NCBI GenBank assembly: GCA_000166095.1
Contig: CP002278.1
Span: forward strand, 330,001 to 362,000
Source: Methanothermus fervidus DSM 2088
GTDB lineage: Archaea; Methanobacteriota; Methanobacteria; DSM-2088; Methanothermaceae
Direction of reading: 5' to 3'
Length of the DNA: 32,000 nt
In this document: positions 1-8,735 of the stretch, in pieces
Numbering within the stretch: the first letter of the stretch is position 1
How the letters are laid out: each line of letters opens with the position of its first letter
The notes under the pieces: generated by a model
Database searches by the model: none
What the model saw: the letters and a program-made list of their open reading frames with translations, nothing else
What the model was told of the DNA's origin: nothing
Position numbers and translations under genes: made by a program

Positions 1-7
1 GGTAGAA

Positions 8-1093
8 ATGAAATGCAAAATTTGTGGTGAAAGCCGTCCTTATATCTCAAAAGTTTTTGGTATATGTAAGGAATGTATTTTAGAAGGTGGAGAAGCTATT
101 AAACATGTAAGAAAAATACATGGGGAAATAAGAAAAAAATTTAATTTACCTCCTGAGCCTCCTAAAGATGGAAATGTAAAATGTAATATATGTTCAAATA
201 AATGTCGTATGAAGGAAAATGAAGTAGGATATTGTGGATTGAGGATGAATATTAGGGGAAAATTAAGATCTTTAGTTTCTGATGAAGAAGCTTTACTTTA
301 CACATATTTAGATCCAATACCAACCAACTGTTGTGCAGCCTGGTTCTGTCCAGGTTGTACGGGACGTGGATACCCAAAGTATGCCTATAAAAATGGACCA
401 GAATATGGATTTTATAATTTAGCTTCTTTCTTTTATGGCTGTAATTTTGATTGTGTATATTGCCAAAATATTTCACATAAAAATTTATGGAAAGCTCCAA
501 AAATGACAATAGAAAAATTTGTTAATGAAGTTAAAAATGAAAAAATAACATGTATATGTTATTTTGGAGGATCTCCCGAACCCCAATTACCATTTGCAAT
601 AAAAGCATCAAAAGAAGCCTTAAAACTTGGAAAGAAAATATTAAGAATTTGTTGGGAATGGAATGGATGTGGTAACGAAAAATTAGTCAAAAGAGCTGCA
701 AAAATAGCAGGGGAAAGTGGTGGAATAATAAAATTTGACTTAAAATGCTTTGATGAAAATTTAAGCATAGCTTTAAGTGGAGTATCAAATAAGCAAGCAT
801 ACAAAAATTTTAAAATGATAGGAGAAAAATTCTTTGATAGATATGATATTCCTGTTTTAACAGCGACAACGCTTCTTGTACCAGGATATGTAGATAAAGA
901 TGAAGTTAGGAAAATTTCTAAATTTATAGCTGAAATAAATGATGAGATACCTTATCAATTATTAGTTTTTCATCCAGATTATATGATGATGGATCTTCCT
1001 ATAACTCCAAGGAAACAAGTGTATGAATGCTTTAACGAGGCTAAAAAATATTTAAAAAATGTGGACATTGGTAACATCCACCTTATAACTTAG
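8..1093 (+). CDS. Radical SAM domain protein, related to pyruvate formate-lyase activating enzymes, with an extra N-terminal Cys4 zinc ribbon
   Basis: 361-aa ORF. Radical-SAM CxxxCxxC motif 'GCNFDCVYCQN'. Additional Cys clusters 'CKICG..CKEC' and 'CNICSNKC..YCG'. Stop lies 8 nt before sepS, with a GGAGG RBS in between. Confidence 0.8.
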   Translation: MKCKICGESRPYISKVFGICKECILEGGEAIKHVRKIHGEIRKKFNLPPEPPKDGNVKCNICSNKCRMKENEVGYCGLRMNIRGKLRSLVSDEEALLYTYLDPIPTNCCAAWFCPGCTGRGYPKYAYKNGPEYGFYNLASFFYGCNFDCVYCQNISHKNLWKAPKMTIEKFVNEVKNEKITCICYFGGSPEPQLPFAIKASKEALKLGKKILRICWEWNGCGNEKLVKRAAKIAGESGGIIKFDLKCFDENLSIALSGVSNKQAYKNFKMIGEKFFDRYDIPVLTATTLLVPGYVDKDEVRKISKFIAEINDEIPYQLLVFHPDYMMMDLPITPRKQVYECFNEAKKYLKNVDIGNIHLIT

Positions 1094-1101
1094 GAGGAGT
1101 A

Positions 1102-2688
1102 ATGTTGAAGAAGAAAAAAATTATAGCTTTAGCAGAAAAAGATTTTGAGAAAGCATGGAAATTAAGCAAAAAAACCTTAAAAGAACCACACCATGACTTA
1201 CAATATCCAAGATTATATTATAGATATGGGAAGTCTCACCCATTATATGATACAATATTTAAGCTTAGAGAAGCTTATTTAAAATTAGGGTTTGACGAAG
1301 TTGTAAACCCTGTTTTTATAAATGAGGATGAAGTTTATAAACAATTTGGGCCAGAAGCTCCTGCTATTTTAGATCGTTGTTTTTATTTAGCGGGGCTACC
1401 TAGGCCTGATATAGGAATTGAAAAAGATAAAATTAAAAAAATTAAAAATTTAAAAAGTGATGCTGATATCGGTAAATTAAAAGAAGTATTTAGAGAATAT
1501 AAGTTAGGAAATATTGCTGGTGACGACTTAGTATATGAAATTTCAAATGCTTTAGATGTTGATGACGAAACAGCATTGCGTATTTTGGAAATTTTTCCAG
1601 AAATTAAAAAATTGAAACCACAAGTAAGTGACGTAACATTACGTTCTCATATGACAGCTAGTTGGTTTGTAACACTTTCGAAAATTCATGATAAATATAG
1701 ATTACCAATAAAATTGTTTTCAATAGATAGATGTTTTAGACGAGAACAGAGGGAAGATGAAAGTCACCTTATGACATACTTTTCTGCATCCTGTGTTTTT
1801 GTCGATGAAGAAGTATCAATTGATGTTGGTAAAGCAGTAGCTGAGGGAATATTGAGATATTTTGGCTTTTCCAATTTTAAATTTATTCCAGATGAAAAAA
1901 GGTCCAAATATTATATACCTGATACACAGACAGAAGTTTATGCCTATCATCCAAAAATAAAGAAGTGGATAGAAGTAGCTACCTTTGGATTATATTCACC
2001 AATCGCACTGGCAAAATATAATATAGATAAAGAAGTCATGAATTTAGGTATTGGGGTTGAAAGACTTGCAATGGTATTGGAAAATGAAAAAGATGTTAGA
2101 AAATTAGTTTACCCACAATTTTATGGAGAATGGAAGATATCTGATAGAGAATTAGCATCAATGCTTAAAATAGATTTGTATCCAGTAACTGAAGAAGGAA
2201 GAAAACTTATGAAAAAAATTATTGAGGGTTGGAAAAGGTATAAGGATGAACCTTCTCCTTGTGAATTTAAAATATTTTCTGGAAAATTCCTTAATAAAAA
2301 AATAGTTGTTAAGGCTATAGAGCCTGAAAAAAATACTAAACTATTGGGACCTGCTATTGAAAACCAAGTATATGTATATGATGGCAATATAGTTGGAGTT
2401 CCAAAGAAAGGTGTGAAAAGTCCTTTAGCAGAGAAAGCAAAGAAAAATGGAATAAATACAAATATAAGTTATATGGATTCACTAGCTGCTAAGGTATCAT
2501 ATAAAATAGAGGAATTGGTTGTTAGTGGTGGGGATTATTTAAAATTAAGAACTGCAATTGCACGTTCGCTTTCAGATGTAAATCTCAAATTAGACAAAGT
2601 TGCAATGAAATATATTACAAAGAAAAATAAAGAAATTGATGTGAGGGGTCCAATTTTTGCTACTATTGAGTGCAAGGTGAAAGAATGA
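1102..2688 (+). CDS. sepS: O-phosphoserine--tRNA(Cys) ligase (SepRS)
   Basis: 528-aa ORF with a class II aaRS core typical of SepRS ('RLYYRYGKSHPLYDTIFKLREAYLKLGFDEV', 'FSIDRCFRREQ', 'GIGVERLAM'). GGAGG RBS at 1094-1098. The family is restricted to methanogens and Archaeoglobus. Confidence 0.9.
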   Translation: MLKKKKIIALAEKDFEKAWKLSKKTLKEPHHDLQYPRLYYRYGKSHPLYDTIFKLREAYLKLGFDEVVNPVFINEDEVYKQFGPEAPAILDRCFYLAGLPRPDIGIEKDKIKKIKNLKSDADIGKLKEVFREYKLGNIAGDDLVYEISNALDVDDETALRILEIFPEIKKLKPQVSDVTLRSHMTASWFVTLSKIHDKYRLPIKLFSIDRCFRREQREDESHLMTYFSASCVFVDEEVSIDVGKAVAEGILRYFGFSNFKFIPDEKRSKYYIPDTQTEVYAYHPKIKKWIEVATFGLYSPIALAKYNIDKEVMNLGIGVERLAMVLENEKDVRKLVYPQFYGEWKISDRELASMLKIDLYPVTEEGRKLMKKIIEGWKRYKDEPSPCEFKIFSGKFLNKKIVVKAIEPEKNTKLLGPAIENQVYVYDGNIVGVPKKGVKSPLAEKAKKNGINTNISYMDSLAAKVSYKIEELVVSGGDYLKLRTAIARSLSDVNLKLDKVAMKYITKKNKEIDVRGPIFATIECKVKE

Positions 2689-3050
2689 AAATAAAAGGTA
2701 AAGTGGTTTCAGGTTGTGGCGAAGGTTCGTATTATATGTCACAAAAAATATATTTATCACAATTTAAGAAAAAATTAGGTTTTACACCATTCAAAGGAAC
2801 TTTGAACATTAAGGTAGACAATTCTGTGGCTGTAGAGGATATTAAAAAGAAATGTAAAAAAATAAAGGGTGAAGGAAAATTTGGCGATGTTTTATATATT
2901 GAAGCAAAATTAAATGATATAGATGGTGCAATAATTTTCCCTCTAAAAACAAAACATGATAATAGTATTATTGAGTATATAGCACCAGTTAAAGTTAGAG
3001 AAAAACTTGGGTTAAAAGATGGAGACAAAGTATGCATAAAGGTATTGTGA
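2685..3050 (+). CDS. ribK: CTP-dependent riboflavin kinase (archaeal RibK)
   Basis: 'MKIKGKVVSGCGEGSYYM...FKGTLNIKV' matches the archaeal RibK family (MJ0056 type). ATG at 2685 overlaps the sepS stop (ATGA) and follows AAGGTGA. Preferred over the GTG at 2670 given in the ORF track. Confidence 0.85.
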   Translation: MKIKGKVVSGCGEGSYYMSQKIYLSQFKKKLGFTPFKGTLNIKVDNSVAVEDIKKKCKKIKGEGKFGDVLYIEAKLNDIDGAIIFPLKTKHDNSIIEYIAPVKVREKLGLKDGDKVCIKVL

Positions 3051-3054
3051 TAAA

Positions 3055-3747
3055 ATGATAAAAGAAGCATTAAGAGCTTTAAGAAAAGGCGAAATGGTAT
3101 TGGTTTTTGATAGTGAAGATAGAGAAGGCGAAACAGACATGATAAAAGCTGCCGAATTCGTGACTCATGAGGACATTGCTATTTTAAGAAATGATGCAGG
3201 TGGCTTAATTTGTGCACCAATATCAGCGAAAAATGCTGAGAAATTAGGAATTCCTTATATGACATCTATATTAGAGACTGCAAGTAACAAATATCCAGTT
3301 CTTTCAGAATTATCACCACATGACATCCCATATGATGAGAAATCAGCATTTTCAATAACTATAAATCATAGAAATACATTTACAGGTATAACAGATAGAG
3401 ACAGAGCCAAAACAATAAGAGAACTCGCATTATTATGTAAAAACAAAGAATATGATAAATTTGGAAAATTTTTTAGATCTCCTGGACATGTAACTTTACT
3501 CATAGCTTCCAAAAATAATTTATTAGAGAGGACAGGGCACACTGAAATGAGTATAGCATTAATGGAAATGGCTGGATTAACTGAAGTTGCAGTATGTTGT
3601 GAGATGATGGATGACGAGACTGGAAGAGCATTAAGTATGCAAGATGCAAAAAGATATGCTGAAAGAAATGATTTAGTGTTTCTAAAAGGTGAAGAATTAA
3701 TAAATGCTTATTATGAATATCTTGGAGTTCCAGTTCCTAACAGATAA
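3055..3747 (+). CDS. ribB: 3,4-dihydroxy-2-butanone 4-phosphate synthase
   Basis: 230-aa ORF. 'VLVFDSEDREGETDMIKAAEFVT', 'GHTE' and 'VCCEMMDDETG' are typical DHBP synthase motifs. Adjacent to ribK, as in Methanocaldococcus. Confidence 0.9.
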   Translation: MIKEALRALRKGEMVLVFDSEDREGETDMIKAAEFVTHEDIAILRNDAGGLICAPISAKNAEKLGIPYMTSILETASNKYPVLSELSPHDIPYDEKSAFSITINHRNTFTGITDRDRAKTIRELALLCKNKEYDKFGKFFRSPGHVTLLIASKNNLLERTGHTEMSIALMEMAGLTEVAVCCEMMDDETGRALSMQDAKRYAERNDLVFLKGEELINAYYEYLGVPVPNR

Positions 3748-5234
3748 TCATCAATAAATTCTCTTACTCTTTCCACTAAATTTTCCAAAGGTACATAACC
3801 TTCAAATTTAACATTTTCAGCGGCTTTTATAATTTTATTTATATCAATATTCTTTTCTACAACTTCTAAAGCTTTTAAAGAAAAATTTTCTAGGCTTATT
3901 TCAACTTCAGGAGTACTCTTCCTTTCCCTTAAAATTACTTTAGGCATTGTAAACACATATCCATTGAAATTACTTAAATTAATTCTTTTAACTATGTTTT
4001 CATCATAAACCTTATTGAGAATTATGCCTTTCACTTTAATTCCTAATTTTTCTAGTAATTTTGCATGTGAAATTAAATTTAAAGTTGCAGTTTCAATACC
4101 TGCCTTGTTACAAGCTTCTACTAATATAACAGGTATATTAGCAGCCATTGCAATCTCTACAGCCGAATATGGTACTTTTTCGTTTAACATTCCTGTCAAT
4201 ATACTCATAACGCCCTCTATAAGTACTATATCAAATTTTCTTTTCATATGATTGATAACATCCTTTAATTCCATCCATCCAAGATGTCCTATTTTGATAG
4301 ATGAATATTTACCCATTTTTTCTTTTGTTAGATATAATGCAGGTGTAATGTCCCTAACGTCTGGACCTACTTTTGCAATACCTACATCAAATCCTTTTTT
4401 ACGTAAAACTCCCGCAAGCCCTGTTGTTATAAAAGTTTTTCCAGCTCCAGAACTAATACCTGCAATCATTAAAAAACGGGTATTTTTAGAGTTTTTTTCT
4501 TTTTTCTTAGCAAATATATTAGTGTCCACACCAATTTCTCTTTTTATTTTATTTTTTAGCTTTTTATTTTCTTCCTTAATTTTTATAATTTCTTTTTCAT
4601 TAAGATCAAGAAATGAAAATATATTATCAACCAACTCCGGATTATAATCAAGGCAACCGTGTATTAAAGTTCCAACAACATTTCCATCATCATTGCTAAC
4701 ACCAGAAATTACCTCTCTTCTTTTGTCCTTATAATTAGTCCTTTTTAAAATAGAACAAAATATTGGTTTTTCTGTTGTTGTTATTTTTCCATATGTATGG
4801 CAATGGAATCCTTCTATTGTTTTATTAATTAAACCTTTTGTCAAAAAACAATCGCCTACAATTTTTGCTTTGACACGGTCATTGTTTATTAAAGGCTCAA
4901 ACTTTACATCCAGGAGTCCTATACCTTTCTTCCAAATTGGTATTGGAGACCTACGACCTACATCAGTTTTTTTACCTAAAACTTGGAATCCTGAACATAT
5001 TCCTAAAACAAATCCGCCTTCCTCTGCTATTTTTTTTATTTCTTTTTCTATTTCCGGAGTTATAGTACCTGATTCTATAATACTTCCACCAGGTATGATA
5101 ACACCATCAAGTACTTTATGGGCTGGTATACCTCTTACCATCCCATTTTTTTTGATTATGTCGGTTGGAAGATTCCCAAAATCTTCAAATGCTGGTAGGG
5201 ATCCTTTTATATATAATAGACCGATTCTTTTCAT
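3711..5234 (-). CDS. CobB/CobQ-like glutamine amidotransferase fused to a cobyrinic acid a,c-diamide synthase-type ATPase domain, in reversed (permuted) order
   Basis: 507-aa ORF. N-terminal class-I GATase ('GICSGFQVLG', 'TLIHGC'), a Lys-rich linker, then a C-terminal CbiA/CobB-type P-loop domain ('GISSGAGKTFITTGL', 'AKVGPDVRD'). Start lies 16 nt after the stop of the Hmd paralogue. Confidence 0.7.
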   Translation of the reverse strand: MKRIGLLYIKGSLPAFEDFGNLPTDIIKKNGMVRGIPAHKVLDGVIIPGGSIIESGTITPEIEKEIKKIAEEGGFVLGICSGFQVLGKKTDVGRRSPIPIWKKGIGLLDVKFEPLINNDRVKAKIVGDCFLTKGLINKTIEGFHCHTYGKITTTEKPIFCSILKRTNYKDKRREVISGVSNDDGNVVGTLIHGCLDYNPELVDNIFSFLDLNEKEIIKIKEENKKLKNKIKREIGVDTNIFAKKKEKNSKNTRFLMIAGISSGAGKTFITTGLAGVLRKKGFDVGIAKVGPDVRDITPALYLTKEKMGKYSSIKIGHLGWMELKDVINHMKRKFDIVLIEGVMSILTGMLNEKVPYSAVEIAMAANIPVILVEACNKAGIETATLNLISHAKLLEKLGIKVKGIILNKVYDENIVKRINLSNFNGYVFTMPKVILRERKSTPEVEISLENFSLKALEVVEKNIDINKIIKAAENVKFEGYVPLENLVERVREFIDDYLLGTGTPRYS

Positions 5235-5250
5235 TGAAACACCATTTCTG

Positions 5251-6261
5251 TCACCAAAAATTTTTAAATGAATATTTCATTAAACTTAAAGTTGCATCTT
5301 TACCAATAAGTTTTTTGACATCTCTAATAAATTCTTGGAACATCAAAATATATGGAACTTCTTCCTGATTATTATTTTCAATTTTAATATTTTCACATTT
5401 TTGTAAAATTTTGAAAGCTTGGGGTAGAAGCGTGTTCCCCGGATAATTCATAGATTTGGCACAATTAATAATTATGTTTGGCTTTAATAATTTTAATGTG
5501 CCATCGATACCTTTTGTTGACACAAGCGCTGCAATAGTCTCTAAAGTTAAAACGATTTGATTTTCAACCATTTTTTGAGGAGACGAAGTAATTTTTGCAG
5601 CCGCATGATAAAATTCAAGTATCCCAGCCAATGTAACAGCAGTTACAAGAACACCCATATCTCCAACAGCAGAAGACACATCTGCAGGAACTAGGAAAAC
5701 TTCTTTACCACAACTCTTAGCAAGCTCAACACATTTCCCAACCTGATCTTCAGAAGCTATTTCAAGCCCAAATGTAGTTTTCCCAGATATAACATAATGT
5801 CCATGCTGAGGTGTCCCTGGAACTGCTGCAGGATGTAAAGATGAAATTCCTAGATCTTTCCTCTCCCTAAATTCCCTCTCAAATGTATAATAGATAACTA
5901 ATGGCGAAGCTGTGCAAGTATTTGCAATAACAGACCCTTCTGGCAAATGTTTTATTATTTTTTTAACTATCTCATAAGTTCTTTTCCCAAATGGTGTGAA
6001 AAGTATTGCTACTTCAGCATCTTTCGCTGCTTCTTCATCTTTATCAGTTATTTCAACTCCAGCATCCTCAACTTTCTTCCAATGTTCCTCTTCCATCACC
6101 TCTCTATTCTTCTCAGCTAGAACTACATCATGTCCAGCTTCTGAAAATTCTATTGCCATTCTACTTCCGCCAAATGGTGGTTCTCCACCAAATCTCTCCT
6201 GCAGCTTTAATATCTTTGTATAGAGATTTTGATTTCCAGCTCCATAAATTGCTATTTTCAT
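5251..6261 (-). CDS. hmdII: H2-forming N5,N10-methylenetetrahydromethanopterin dehydrogenase-related protein (Hmd paralogue, HmdII/HmdIII type)
   Basis: 336-aa ORF. N-terminus 'MKIAIYGAGNQNLY...FGGEPPFGGSRMAIEF', 'SSLHPAAVPGTP' and 'VGDMGVLVTAVTLAG' resemble Hmd paralogues rather than catalytic Hmd, which has the 'GAGCYRTH' type N-terminus. GAGGGTG RBS upstream. Confidence 0.75.
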   Translation of the reverse strand: MKIAIYGAGNQNLYTKILKLQERFGGEPPFGGSRMAIEFSEAGHDVVLAEKNREVMEEEHWKKVEDAGVEITDKDEEAAKDAEVAILFTPFGKRTYEIVKKIIKHLPEGSVIANTCTASPLVIYYTFEREFRERKDLGISSLHPAAVPGTPQHGHYVISGKTTFGLEIASEDQVGKCVELAKSCGKEVFLVPADVSSAVGDMGVLVTAVTLAGILEFYHAAAKITSSPQKMVENQIVLTLETIAALVSTKGIDGTLKLLKPNIIINCAKSMNYPGNTLLPQAFKILQKCENIKIENNNQEEVPYILMFQEFIRDVKKLIGKDATLSLMKYSFKNFW

Positions 6262-6274
6262 TTTTTACACCCTC

Positions 6275-6652
6275 TTAAATTTTGGTAAATGGTTGAAATG
6301 CCAACATTACATTACGAAGCATTTTTGCAAAACTATTTATCTTTCTCAAGCCTGCCTCCTTTGAATATTTTATACATTTATCCAAAGATTTTTCTGCATG
6401 CTTATACCAACCTCTTCTCAAATTTCTAATTGAAAGTAAAAAATATAGGTAAGAGCATGCTTTCTCATCACCTATTGATTCAGCAATGTTGATAGCCTCT
6501 TCCAATGGTAAAATTGATGAATTCTTGTAAAGTTCTAAATATTCTTCTGGGATTTTGAGTTCTGCAATCAAGCAATCAATAATTTTGTTTATTTCCTTAA
6601 CTTTTTCCCATTCTCTTTCAAAATCTTGTTTTTGAATTTTTAAGATTAGCAT
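6275..6652 (-). CDS. Hypothetical all-helical protein of 125 aa
   Basis: Clean ORF 13 nt upstream of the Hmd paralogue on the same strand. Heptad-like charged/hydrophobic pattern. No family recognised. Confidence 0.55.
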   Translation of the reverse strand: MLILKIQKQDFEREWEKVKEINKIIDCLIAELKIPEEYLELYKNSSILPLEEAINIAESIGDEKACSYLYFLLSIRNLRRGWYKHAEKSLDKCIKYSKEAGLRKINSFAKMLRNVMLAFQPFTKI

Positions 6653-6676
6653 TTTAAGACCCTTTGTTTTTATTAT

Positions 6677-6799
6677 TTATATTGACTCTTCTAATTCAGC
6701 TAATCCTCCGTAAAACATTGCAATGCTTGGCAATGTTATTAAAAACGTCAATATTGTAGGCAATACAACGCAAACCACTTTTTCGTCTATTATGTTCAT
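6677..6799 (-). CDS. Candidate small membrane protein (40 aa), not in the ORF track
   Basis: My own translation: MNIIDEKVVCVVLPTILTFLITLPSIAMFYGGLAELEESI. GGAGGT (rc of 6808-6813) sits 8 nt upstream of the ATG. One hydrophobic helix. Lies 24 nt upstream of the 125-aa gene. Confidence 0.4.
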   Translation of the reverse strand: MNIIDEKVVCVVLPTILTFLITLPSIAMFYGGLAELEESI

Positions 6800-6872
6800 T
6801 CTTTTTTACCTCCCGGAAATATATAGGAAATCGGAAACCTACTTCCGACATTATCAACTAAGGAATTCATTA

Positions 6873-6880
6873 TATATAAA
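6873..6880 (-). promoter_or_regulatory. Candidate archaeal TATA box for the small-ORF/Hmd-paralogue operon
   Basis: The minus strand reads TTTATATA, the methanogen TATA consensus, about 75 nt upstream of the small-ORF ATG. Purine-rich BRE-like CGCAACA lies just upstream. Confidence 0.35.
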
Positions 6881-6909
6881 TGTTGCGATATTACTAATTT
6901 TGCTAAAAA

Positions 6910-7644
6910 TTAATACCTACCAAGAAAAACATTAAAAGTTTCTTTAGCTTCATTTGGAGATGCTACACCAATAGTAACAATGTCAACACATTTTTTAAGC
7001 TTTAAATAATTTAAAGCTTCTTTTGGTTCTAATTTACCTGCTGCAAGCACTTTTTTTGCAATTATTTTTTTATTTAATCTTTCAATTAAATTTTCTATCT
7101 CTTCTATAGACCTATCCATCAAATATCCAAGACTGTTAAATGGTAGCATGTATATGTCGAACATTTTTCTAATACTTGAGTTCAAAATTCTTTTAGTAGT
7201 TTTATAAGGAGCATGAGTGGCAAGTCCTGCTATTGCTCCCTTATCATTTATTTTCTTTAGTAACGTTTCAACGTAGTTAAAATTACCTCCATCAACTAAA
7301 CTAGCATGTAAAATCATGGATTCTGCTTCTAAGTCATCTAACAATTCTATATCTTCTAATTCTGTGTTTGGACGTATTGTTCCAACAATTTTCATTTCAC
7401 ATCCATCTTTTATAGCCATCTCAAGTGCTTTAATTATTGGTTTATATGGTAGAAGTTGTATGCCTTTAACACCAATTTCCCATGATTTTTTTATTATTTT
7501 GTACATGTTGTGAGGTTTTTTATATAAAGTAGAATAATAGTAGCTTGCTTTTGCTCCAAATTGCCCTGCTCCAATAAAAGGAGACGTCCCTAATAACAAT
7601 CTAGGTATTTTCCTGTTTTTAAGATTAATTTCTCCATTAAACAT
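6910..7644 (-). CDS. Conserved-looking hypothetical protein of 244 aa (alternating beta/alpha pattern, possibly TIM-barrel-like)
   Basis: Uninterrupted ORF with normal composition. N-terminal 'LLLGTSPFIGAGQFG' faintly resembles aldo-keto-reductase-type barrels. Function not recognised. Confidence 0.55.
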   Translation of the reverse strand: MFNGEINLKNRKIPRLLLGTSPFIGAGQFGAKASYYYSTLYKKPHNMYKIIKKSWEIGVKGIQLLPYKPIIKALEMAIKDGCEMKIVGTIRPNTELEDIELLDDLEAESMILHASLVDGGNFNYVETLLKKINDKGAIAGLATHAPYKTTKRILNSSIRKMFDIYMLPFNSLGYLMDRSIEEIENLIERLNKKIIAKKVLAAGKLEPKEALNYLKLKKCVDIVTIGVASPNEAKETFNVFLGRY

Positions 7645-7732
7645 TTGATACTCCCACGCTTTGAAGTTACCTTAAATACTATTTTTTAATTTAAACAAAA
7701 ATTAATTTTCAAAATATTAAGGAGGAAATTTC

Positions 7733-8731
7733 GTGGAAAAATTATTAACTAAAATGACAGAAGAAAACATTCATGCAGGAATAATAACAAAAAAAGAGAA
7801 TATATATTATGTTACAGGTTTTGAACCTTCTAGTTTTTCAATTTTAATTATAAAAGAAGAACCTTTACTTTTAGTTAGTAAAATGGATATAACTGCAGCT
7901 GAAAAATATTCAAATGTTCAGGTAGATGAATTCAAATCTCTTAAGGAAATTAAAAAAAGATTTGAAAAAAATGGGTTTGATAAGGTATTTATAGAACCTT
8001 CAACGCCATTTGAAATTGTTAAAAAATTGGAAGGTAATTGGGATTTTGTTATAAAAGATTTTATTTCTTACTTAAGAATGATAAAAACCAAACATGAAAT
8101 AAAACAAATAAAAAAAGCTATTTCTATATCTAAAAAAATTATAAAAGAAATAGCATTTGATGGAAGTGAAAATGAAGTAGCAGCATCCATTGATTATAAT
8201 ATGCGTATAAATGGAGCTGAAAAACCAGCATTTGAAACAATAGTTACATCAGGAAAAAGATCAAGTTATCCTCACGTGTCACCATCAAACAAAAAGTTAG
8301 AAAATCCTATTTTAATTGACTGGGGGGCCAGATACAACCATTATTGTTCAGATATGACAAGAACAATTGTAAAAACCGAAAAAGAAGAAGAAATGTTTGA
8401 AATTGTGCTTGAAGCCCAAAAAAAAGGTATAGATGCTATTCGTTCTGGTATAACTGCATCTAAAATAGATAGAATTGTTAGAGATGTAATTAAGGAATAT
8501 GGTTACGGTAAATACTTTATACATTCTACTGGTCATGGCGTTGGATTGGAAGTTCATGAAAGACCTTCTTTATCAAAAAAAGATGATACAAAACTTAAAA
8601 CAAACATGGTTATTACAGTAGAACCAGGTATTTATATTCCTGAAAAATTTGGTGTAAGAGTTGAAGACATGGTTCTTGTAAAGAAAAAAAGAGCAAAGGT
8701 ATTAACAAAAAAATTACCTCTATATTTTTAA
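7733..8731 (+). CDS. M24 family metallopeptidase (Xaa-Pro dipeptidase/aminopeptidase-like)
   Basis: 332 aa. Metal-ligand motifs 'DWGARYNHYCSDMTRT', 'HSTGHGVGLEVHE' and 'VEPGIY...RVED'. GTG start preceded by AAGGAGG. Confidence 0.85.
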   Translation: MEKLLTKMTEENIHAGIITKKENIYYVTGFEPSSFSILIIKEEPLLLVSKMDITAAEKYSNVQVDEFKSLKEIKKRFEKNGFDKVFIEPSTPFEIVKKLEGNWDFVIKDFISYLRMIKTKHEIKQIKKAISISKKIIKEIAFDGSENEVAASIDYNMRINGAEKPAFETIVTSGKRSSYPHVSPSNKKLENPILIDWGARYNHYCSDMTRTIVKTEKEEEMFEIVLEAQKKGIDAIRSGITASKIDRIVRDVIKEYGYGKYFIHSTGHGVGLEVHERPSLSKKDDTKLKTNMVITVEPGIYIPEKFGVRVEDMVLVKKKRAKVLTKKLPLYF

Positions 8732-8735
8732 ATTT

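Noticed and set aside
2670-2684. GTG start for ribK given by the ORF track
   Set aside because: The ATG at 2685 matches the family N-terminus (MKIKGKVVSG), is preceded by AAGGTGA and forms an ATGA overlap with the sepS stop.
4015-5368. Plus-strand ORFs antisense to the amidotransferase and the Hmd paralogue 3' end (also 5996..6278)
   Set aside because: Low-complexity Ile/Phe/Ser/Pro-rich translations nested in better-supported genes on the other strand.
6723-6935. 70-aa plus-strand ORF in the 6653-6909 intergenic region
   Set aside because: No RBS, implausible composition, and it runs across the minus-strand TATA box and hairpin and into the 244-aa gene. The minus-strand 40-codon ORF with a GGAGGT site explains the region better.
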